Assembly (NCBI GenBank): GCA_934097105.1 | Contig: CAKONI010000001.1 | Location: 74,144-138,143 of the forward strand | Length of the DNA: 64,000 bases | DNA from: an uncultured Bacilli bacterium | Lineage (GTDB): Bacteria; Bacillota_I; Bacilli_A; RF39; UBA660 | Reading direction: 5' to 3' | Part shown: in pieces, positions 9,666 to 19,068 of the stretch | Layout of the letters: every line of letters starts with the position of its first letter | Numbering within the stretch: position 1 is the stretch's first letter | The notes under the pieces: model-generated | Told to the model about the DNA's origin: nothing | Databases searched by the model: none | The model's input: the letters and a program-made list of their open reading frames with translations, nothing else | Made by a program: the position numbers and the translations under genes

Positions 9666-9676
9666 AAGGTTTTAAG

Positions 9677-10795
9677 ATGAAATTTAAAATTAAAAAAAAT
9701 TTATTGTTAGAAGCACTTAATAATGTTTCAAAGGCTATATCTAGTAAAAATATTATTCCGATACTTTCAGGGATAAAAGTTGAGGTTTTAAGTGATAAGT
9801 TAATACTTACGGCTTCAGATAATGATGTTACTATTCAAACTGTTTTGGAAAGTAGTGATAATTTAATAATTAATTCCACAGGAAGTATTGTTATTAAGGG
9901 TAAATATATTCTTGATATTATAAGGAAACTTGATGAGGATTTTGTTAATATTGAAATTGTAGATGATCATAAGATTATGATTTATACTGAAAATAGTAAG
10001 TTTAATCTAAATGGTATTGATGTTAGGGAATATCCTGATATTAGTTTTGACTTTTCTGGTAATTTTGTAAAGATGAGTTCTAATGATTTTAGGGAGATTG
10101 TAAACCAAACTAATTATGCTTGCTCACTTGATGAGGCTAGAATTGTACTTATGGGTGTTAATATTAAGGTTAATAAGAAAAAGTTTGAATGTAGTGCGAC
10201 TGATTCTTATAGGCTTGCGTTAAAGGAGTATGTTCTTGATGATGATTTTACTGGTGATATTGATGTTATTGTGCCAAGTAGAAATTTGAGTGAACTTTTA
10301 AAGGTTTTACCATCTTCTGATGATTCTTTTATTGAAATGTATTTCTTTAATAATAAGGTTATATTTAAGTTTGATAATATTGTTTTCCAATCTAGACTTA
10401 TTAGTGGTACATATCCAAATACTAAGAATTTAATACCTAGTGATTCTTTATTTGATTTAAAGATAAATACTAATTTATTTTATAATATGGTTGATAGGGC
10501 TAGTGTACTTAATAATGATAAGGATAATAATATTGTTACTTTGGAAATTAAGAATAATTTACTTAAGATTACTTCGATGTCTTTAGAGATTGGTAAGGCT
10601 CAAGAAAAGGTTAGTATTGATTGTGATAATGATATTAAAATTTCTTTTAGTAGTAAGTATATGCTTGATGCTCTTAGGACTATTAAGAGTGATGAAGTTA
10701 TTCTAACTTTTGTTGGGGAAATTAAGCCAATTTTAATTAGGGAGGAAAATAATAGTGATCTTATGTGTTTAATACTTCCTATTAGAACTTATTAA
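9677..10795 (+). CDS. dnaN: DNA polymerase III beta sliding clamp
   Basis: 372 aa with full-length beta-clamp organisation (MKFKIKKNLLLEALNNVSKAISSKNIIPILSGIK...), directly after dnaA. Confidence 0.96.
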   Translation: MKFKIKKNLLLEALNNVSKAISSKNIIPILSGIKVEVLSDKLILTASDNDVTIQTVLESSDNLIINSTGSIVIKGKYILDIIRKLDEDFVNIEIVDDHKIMIYTENSKFNLNGIDVREYPDISFDFSGNFVKMSSNDFREIVNQTNYACSLDEARIVLMGVNIKVNKKKFECSATDSYRLALKEYVLDDDFTGDIDVIVPSRNLSELLKVLPSSDDSFIEMYFFNNKVIFKFDNIVFQSRLISGTYPNTKNLIPSDSLFDLKINTNLFYNMVDRASVLNNDKDNNIVTLEIKNNLLKITSMSLEIGKAQEKVSIDCDNDIKISFSSKYMLDALRTIKSDEVILTFVGEIKPILIREENNSDLMCLILPIRTY

Positions 10796-10797
10796 TT

Positions 10798-10821
10798 AGT
10801 CAGTTTTGCTGACTTTTTTTA
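10798..10821 (+). terminator. Rho-independent terminator after dnaN
   Basis: Stem AGTCAG/CTGACT (10798-10803 / 10809-10814), 5-nt loop, T7 run. Confidence 0.7.
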
Positions 10822-10924
10822 TTATTTTTTTCTTTTTCTACAAATTTCTTGTTATTTCGATGTTTTTTGATGTTATATATATTATGCAGTTTAAAACTGT
10901 TATAAATTTTGGGGGGATTTTTGT

Positions 10925-11383
10925 ATGAAATATGAAATTAATGATGAGACTTTGGCTATTATTCCTTATTCTGATACTAAAACTAAGGTAATTGAGGTTA
11001 ATGATGAGTATGTAGTGGATTCTACTCCATATTCTATTATGGAACATAGTTGTGAGTATTTTGGAAGTTCACTTATGGGGAGAGTTAATGGTACAAGAAG
11101 TATTTTAGGTAGTATTTATAAAACACCTATTTTTGTTGAGGAATCGAAAAAACTTATTTTTTTTCCTACTGAGGCTATTGATTCTGCTAATGTTAGTTGG
11201 GTTTCTTACAGGAATATTAGTAATGTTGAGAAATTTAATAACAAATCTATTGTTAAATTTAATAATGGGAGTGTTGTAATTATTGATTGTCCTTATTTTT
11301 CTATTAGGAATCAAATTTTTAGGTGTAATATGCTTGAGTCTATTTCAAATTCTAGAAAATTAAGTGTTAAAAAAGACGATTAA
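10925..11383 (+). CDS. ComK-family (competence transcription factor-like) protein
   Basis: 152 aa. The segment LAIIPY...KVIE...YVVDSTPYSIMEHSCEYFGSSLMGRVNGT...YKTPIFVEESKKLIFFPT...NVSWVSY parallels B. subtilis ComK (IAVLPE...KIIE...PLQIVDRSCRFFGSSYAGRKAGT...HKPPIMVDPSNQIFLFPT...CGWISH). Confidence 0.55.
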   Translation: MKYEINDETLAIIPYSDTKTKVIEVNDEYVVDSTPYSIMEHSCEYFGSSLMGRVNGTRSILGSIYKTPIFVEESKKLIFFPTEAIDSANVSWVSYRNISNVEKFNNKSIVKFNNGSVVIIDCPYFSIRNQIFRCNMLESISNSRKLSVKKDD

Positions 11384-11499
11384 ATTTGTTAAAATCGTTT
11401 TTTTTTAGTCTTTTTTATGATATAATAGTATCGTAAGTACAGGAGTACTAGTTTAGGGAGTTGATGCTATTTTGGGGTGTTTTTTAATATTTATTTGAT

Positions 11500-14515
<3,016 letters not shown>

Positions 14516-14524
14516 GAGGTATTT

Positions 14525-16975
14525 ATGGAAGAGTTTAAAGATAGATTAGAAGAGAATAATATTGTCAATGAGATTGAGAATTCTTTTCTTGAGTATTCGA
14601 TGAGTGTTATTATTTCAAGAGCACTTCCTGATTTACGTGATGGTTTGAAGCCGGTTCATCGTAGAATTTTGTATTCTATGTATGAGTCTGGGTATACTCC
14701 TGATAAGCCTCATAAGAAGAGTGCTAGAATTGTTGGGGATGTTATGGGTAAGTATCATCCTCATGGGGATTCGAGTATTTATGATGCTATGGTAAGAATG
14801 GCACAGGATTTTAATTATAGGTATATGCTTGTTGATGGACATGGTAATTTTGGTAATATTGAGGGTTATGGCGCTGCAGCGATGCGTTATACTGAGTCTA
14901 GACTTTCTAAGATTTCTTTGGAACTTCTTAGAGATATTAACAAAAATACTGTTGATTTTGTTGATAACTTTGATGAATCTGAGAAAGAACCACAAATTTT
15001 ACCGTCTAGGTTTCCTAATATTCTGGTTAATGGTACGATGGGAATTGCTGTTGGTATGGCTACTAATATACCGCCTCATAATTTAGGAGAGGTTATTGAT
15101 GGTTGTGTTGCTTATATTGATAACAATGATATTACTGTCGCTGAACTTATGAATTATATTAAGGGCCCTGATTTTTCAACTGGTGCGATTATTTTGGGTA
15201 ATAGTGGTATTAGAAAGGCTTATGAAACAGGTAAGGGTAGTATTACTATAAGGAGTAAGGCTACTATTGTTGAAAAACATGGTAGGCAGTATATTGTTAT
15301 TGATGAGGTTCCTTATGGTGTTAATACGTCAGAACTTAAGAATAAGGTTGCTGAACTTGTTCATAATAAGGTAATTGATGGTATTTCTGATTATCATACT
15401 GATTTGAAAGAGGGAATTAAGATTACTATTACTTTGAAGAGGGATGCTAATGCTCAAATTGTTCTTAATAATTTGTATAAGCATACTCAGTTTCAAACTA
15501 ATTATGGTATTAACTTTTTGATGCTTGATAATGGTGTTCCTAAGAGTTTGGGTCTTAAGGATATTATTTCTAAGTATATTGATTATCAAAAGGAGATTAT
15601 TTATAGAAGAACTAAATTTGATTTAGATAAGGCTGAGAAAAGGGTTCATATATTAGAGGGTTTGAAGATTGCTCTTGATAATATTGATGAAATTATTAAA
15701 CTTTTGAAGGCTGCGAAGAATGATGATGTTGCTAGGGAAGGTTTGATGAGCAGATTTAGTCTTTCTGAAGCGCAGGCTAATGCTATTTTGGAAATGAAAC
15801 TTAGACGTTTGACTGGTTTGGAAAGAGAAAAAATTGAGAATGAACTTAATGAACTTTTGGAAAAGATTAAGGAGTATAGAGAAATTCTTGCTTCTGTTGA
15901 GAGAGTTTTGGCTATTATTAGGGAAGAACTTTTGGAAATTAAACAGAAGTATGCTGATGAGAGACGTACTGATATTGATATGACTGCTATTGATTATATT
16001 GAGGATGAATCTTTGATTCCTAATGATAAAGTCATGGTATCATTGACTAATAACGGATATATCAAACGTTTGTGTGTTGATACTTATAAATCTCAAAACC
16101 GTGGTGGTGTTGGAATTAAGGGTATGTCTGTTAATGAGGAGGATTTTGCTAAATTGTTAATAACTTGTAATTCTCATGATTATTTGTTGTTCTTTAGTAA
16201 TTTTGGCAAGGTTTATAGAGTTAAGTGTTATGAGATACCAGAATTTTCTAGGCAATCTAAGGGTGTACCTATTGTTAATATCTTACCTTTGGATAAGGAT
16301 GAGGTTGTTAATACTATTATTTCTGTTTCTAAGGATGATGAGTGTAGGTATTTGATGTTCTTCACGAAGTGTGGATTAGTTAAGCGTACGGATATTAATG
16401 AGTTTGATTCGATTCGTAAGGGAGGAAAGATTGCTATTGGTCTTAAGGAGAATGATCAACTTATTAGTGTTAAGAAGACTAATGGCGATGATGAGGTTAT
16501 AATTGCTTCTAATTCTGGACGTATGGTTAGATTTAATGAGAATGAGGTTCGTATTATGGGACGTAGTGCTTCTGGTGTTAAGGGTATTGAACTTGGCTCT
16601 TCACTTGTTATTGGTGCGGAGGTTGTTGATAAGTCTCAACTTGTTCTTGTCGTTACGGAAAAGGGTTATGGTAAGAAGACTGAGGTTGATGAATATAGGC
16701 TTACTCATAGAGGAAGTAAGGGCGTTAAGGCTTTGAATGTTACGGATAAGAATGGTTTGATTATTGGATTTAAGTCTGTTGTAGGTGACGAGGATATTAT
16801 TATTACTACTGATAGTGGTGTTGTAATTCGTTTGGATGTGTCTAAGGTATCTACTTTAAGACGTAATACTCAAGGAGTTAGATTAATGCATTTGAAGGAT
16901 CATCAAAAGGTTACTTCTGTAACTGTTACTGATAAGGCTGATGAGGATGAGCCTGCTGTAGAAGAGGAACACTAG
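14525..16975 (+). CDS. gyrA: DNA gyrase subunit A
   Basis: 816 aa with the QRDR region [13 protein letters not shown], the catalytic Tyr context [10 protein letters not shown] and C-terminal beta-pinwheel repeats. Confidence 0.98.
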   Translation: MEEFKDRLEENNIVNEIENSFLEYSMSVIISRALPDLRDGLKPVHRRILYSMYESGYTPDKPHKKSARIVGDVMGKYHPHGDSSIYDAMVRMAQDFNYRYMLVDGHGNFGNIEGYGAAAMRYTESRLSKISLELLRDINKNTVDFVDNFDESEKEPQILPSRFPNILVNGTMGIAVGMATNIPPHNLGEVIDGCVAYIDNNDITVAELMNYIKGPDFSTGAIILGNSGIRKAYETGKGSITIRSKATIVEKHGRQYIVIDEVPYGVNTSELKNKVAELVHNKVIDGISDYHTDLKEGIKITITLKRDANAQIVLNNLYKHTQFQTNYGINFLMLDNGVPKSLGLKDIISKYIDYQKEIIYRRTKFDLDKAEKRVHILEGLKIALDNIDEIIKLLKAAKNDDVAREGLMSRFSLSEAQANAILEMKLRRLTGLEREKIENELNELLEKIKEYREILASVERVLAIIREELLEIKQKYADERRTDIDMTAIDYIEDESLIPNDKVMVSLTNNGYIKRLCVDTYKSQNRGGVGIKGMSVNEEDFAKLLITCNSHDYLLFFSNFGKVYRVKCYEIPEFSRQSKGVPIVNILPLDKDEVVNTIISVSKDDECRYLMFFTKCGLVKRTDINEFDSIRKGGKIAIGLKENDQLISVKKTNGDDEVIIASNSGRMVRFNENEVRIMGRSASGVKGIELGSSLVIGAEVVDKSQLVLVVTEKGYGKKTEVDEYRLTHRGSKGVKALNVTDKNGLIIGFKSVVGDEDIIITTDSGVVIRLDVSKVSTLRRNTQGVRLMHLKDHQKVTSVTVTDKADEDEPAVEEEH

Positions 16976-16992
16976 ATAGTGTTCTTTTTTTT
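16965..16992 (+). terminator. Rho-independent terminator overlapping the gyrA stop codon
   Basis: Stem GAACAC/GTGTTC (16967-16972 / 16979-16984), a 6-nt loop containing the TAG stop, and a T8 run. Confidence 0.65.
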
Positions 16993-17014
16993 GGCAGAAA
17001 ATGGATTTTTATTA

Positions 17015-17030
17015 TGTTTCACGTGAAACA
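17015..17030. promoter_or_regulatory. parS site 1 (ParB/Spo0J binding)
   Basis: TGTTTCACGTGAAACA is a perfect 16-bp palindrome matching the Firmicute parS consensus. Confidence 0.85.
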
Positions 17031-17183
17031 TTTTTGAATAGCATTTTATAATGTTAAATATGTTTATTATTTTTAGAATAATTTTCTGTTGTTAATAAGT
17101 GTTAATAAGTATATTTTTCTGTTGTTTTTTACTAGGAAATTTAATTATTATAAATTTGTTATGTTTATTTTAAAGTTGATAAT

Positions 17184-17199
17184 GGTTTCACGTGAAACG
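17184..17199. promoter_or_regulatory. parS site 2
   Basis: GGTTTCACGTGAAACG; the central 14 bp are a perfect palindrome and both outer positions deviate from consensus. Confidence 0.7.
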
Positions 17200-17437
17200 T
17201 TTTAAAGTAGTTTGAAGTTATATATGTTTTTTCAAATTATTTTAGTTGTTGATTATTGTTAATAAGTTATTATTTCACATTTTATTTAGTATTTTTGTTT
17301 TTATTTTAATATTATAGTGATTTATATTTGCAAATTGGTTATTTATTTTGTAGTTGTATTTATGTTGAAATCTTTAATTGTTAGTGCATTTCATTTTAAT
17401 TCTACAGTTTTATTCGATTATTTGGCATGTTATTGTA

Positions 17438-17453
17438 TGTTTCACGTGAAACG
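17438..17453. promoter_or_regulatory. parS site 3
   Basis: TGTTTCACGTGAAACG, 15/16 to the palindromic consensus. Confidence 0.8.
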
Positions 17454-17679
17454 TTGTTATAAGCAATTACTTTATATGTTAGAAGTTTTGACTGTTATAT
17501 ATTCTATCTTTTTTTATTGTAGCCAAATGTTAATAAGTGTTGATAACTTATTTTGACTTTAATAATTGTTTTTTTAATTAGTATAATTATGAGATATTTG
17601 ATTAGTAATAGTTTATTTAGAAATGAATAAAAAATGTGTATTAAATACTTTTATGTTAATAGTTATAAAGAATAATAGA

Positions 17680-17695
17680 TGTTTCACGTGAAACA
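17680..17695. promoter_or_regulatory. parS site 4
   Basis: TGTTTCACGTGAAACA, 16/16. Confidence 0.85.
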
Positions 17696-17841
17696 TTCTA
17701 ATATAATATGTAACTATAGGTATATTTTTTTATAGAGGGTTTAATATTTGTGAATGGATTATTTATCTTATAGTTGTATTTATATTAAAAACTTTAATTG
17801 TTAATAATTACTTTTATTTAATTATTTAATTTTTTATTGTA

Positions 17842-17857
17842 TGTTTCACGTGGAACA
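17842..17857. promoter_or_regulatory. parS site 5
   Basis: TGTTTCACGTGGAACA, 15/16; the G variant is also found in known parS sites. Confidence 0.8.
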
Positions 17858-18119
17858 TTTAATTGTTTTGCATTTTAAAGTGTGTATTTTGCATAAGTAC
17901 GGTTGTAGAATTATTTTATATATTAATTTATGTTGAAAATAAGAATTTTTAATTTATATTATTTTTTTTTGTATTAGTATATTTATTATGTTTTTTTATA
18001 AAAAATAATGATTAGTTTTTGCTTATGATTGTTAAATTGTTTATAGTTAGAGATAATTTTTTAATTGTTAATAAGTATTTTCATTTATTTTATATTTATT
18101 CCAATTTTTGGTAAAAAAA

Positions 18120-18135
18120 TATTTCCCGGGAAATA
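18120..18135. promoter_or_regulatory. Noc-binding site (NBS) 1
   Basis: TATTTCCCGGGAAATA is a perfect palindrome equal to the published B. subtilis NBS core ATTTCCCGGGAAAT. It lies within a 35-bp direct repeat (18101-18135). Confidence 0.75.
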
Positions 18136-18317
18136 ATTGTAAATTTTGTAATTATTTGGATTTATAGATAAATATGTTTTTGTTAATAAGTTTTTTTATG
18201 TATGTTGTTATTATTTTGTTTAGTATTATTATTAATAGTTTTTAAGTTTTATAATTAATGGATTTGAATGTTGTAAGGTTATAATTTTTGTTATTGTTAA
18301 TTTTTATGAGAAAAAAA

Positions 18318-18346
18318 TTGACTTTTTTGTTATTTTATTTTATTAT
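18318..18346 (+). promoter_or_regulatory. sigma-A-type promoter of ffs
   Basis: TTGACT (18318-18323), 17-nt spacer, TATTAT (18341-18346). Confidence 0.55.
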
Positions 18347-18352
18347 TTTTTT

Positions 18353-18432
18353 GTGCAACACATATGGTTGAAACAGGTCAGGATCGGAAGATAGCAGCCT
18401 TAAGATCCTCTGTGTGTGTGCACTTTTTTTTT
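18353..18432 (+). ncRNA. ffs: Signal recognition particle RNA, short 4.5S-like form
   Basis: ACAGGTCAGGATCGGAAGATAGCAGCC matches the domain IV core AGGUCAGGUCCGGAAGGAAGCAGCC, with a compensatory AUC/GAU stem around the GGAA tetraloop. The 5' GUGCAACACA pairs with the 3' UGUGUGUGCAC, and it ends in a U9 run. Confidence 0.85.
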
Positions 18433-18467
18433 AGAATAATTTATTTTAATATTTGTGGAGGGTCTTT

Positions 18468-18887
18468 ATGGATAATATGTTTATGACTTTGGCGGTTGAA
18501 CAAGCAAAGATTGCATTGGAGCGTAATGAGGTGCCAGTGGGGGCAGTTATTGTTAAAAATGGAGAGGTTTTATTTTCTTCTTATAATAAAAAAAACCTTG
18601 AGAATGTTGCTGTTTTTCATGCTGAAATTTTGTGTATTATTGGTGCTTGTAAAAAACTAAATTCTTGGCATTTGGATGGATGTGAATTGTATGTTACTTT
18701 GAAACCATGTGACATGTGTTTATATGCTCTTGCTGAGGCTAGAGTTAGTTCAGTTTATTATTTGCTGGATAATAATTATAATGAAAATTTAAGTTCCAAT
18801 TATAATAAAATTGAATGTACTTTAATTCCTGATATTTACAAATATAGTACACTTTTGGGAGATTTTTTTAGTGATTTGAGAAAATAG
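18468..18887 (+). CDS. tadA: tRNA-specific adenosine deaminase TadA
   Basis: Zinc motifs HAE(ILCI) and PCDMC. I chose the ATG at 18468, which follows GGAGGG. Confidence 0.9.
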   Translation: MDNMFMTLAVEQAKIALERNEVPVGAVIVKNGEVLFSSYNKKNLENVAVFHAEILCIIGACKKLNSWHLDGCELYVTLKPCDMCLYALAEARVSSVYYLLDNNYNENLSSNYNKIECTLIPDIYKYSTLLGDFFSDLRK

Positions 18888-18891
18888 TATA

Positions 18892-18907
18892 TGTTTCACG
18901 TGAAACA
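18892..18907. promoter_or_regulatory. parS site 6
   Basis: TGTTTCACGTGAAACA, 16/16, located 5 nt after the tadA stop. Confidence 0.85.
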
Positions 18908-18933
18908 AAAATTACCAATTTTTGGTAAAAAAA

Positions 18934-18949
18934 TATTTCCCGGGAAATA
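18934..18949. promoter_or_regulatory. Noc-binding site (NBS) 2
   Basis: TATTTCCCGGGAAATA; the palindrome extends to AATATTTCCCGGGAAATATT. It lies within the second copy of the 35-bp repeat (18915-18949). Confidence 0.75.
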
Positions 18950-19068
18950 TTTTGCTATTTTTGGTAAAAATTGGTAATTATTTATTTTTGGAATATTTCT
19001 TTTTTTATTGTTTGTTTTTTTTCTTTGTGTTACAATATTTTTATTGTTTGTGAATGTGGGGTGTTATT

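Larger units (their letters stand above)
17090..18190 (+). repeat. Eight same-orientation copies of TGTTAATAA(G) (candidate DnaA-box variant) in non-coding DNA
   Basis: Copies at 17090-17099, 17100-17109 (tandem), 17257-17266, 17528-17537 (followed by TGTTGATAA at 17538-17546), 17799-17807, 18066-18075 and 18181-18190. Confidence 0.5.

Noticed and set aside
17317-17556. 79-aa ORF in the gyrA-tadA spacer.
   Set aside because: It has no RBS and a composition-driven F/L/V/Y-rich sequence. It runs straight through parS site 3 and a TGTTAATAAG box. The region is better explained as non-coding centromere or origin-associated DNA.
16976-18352. Expected rRNA operon or tRNA genes after gyrA (as with rrnO in B. 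subtilis) and elsewhere in the window.
   Set aside because: No 16S/23S-like conserved stretches or cloverleaf-compatible GC-rich 70-90 nt segments were seen in any spacer. The spacer is nearly pure A/T apart from the parS and NBS cores.
17015-18907. GTTTCACGTGAAAC palindromes considered as a CRISPR-like array, transposon terminal inverted repeats, or a transcription-factor operator.
   Set aside because: The spacing is irregular (about 160-255 bp, with one copy 1 kb away). There are no cas or transposase genes. The 16-mer is exactly the known parS consensus, which explains it fully.
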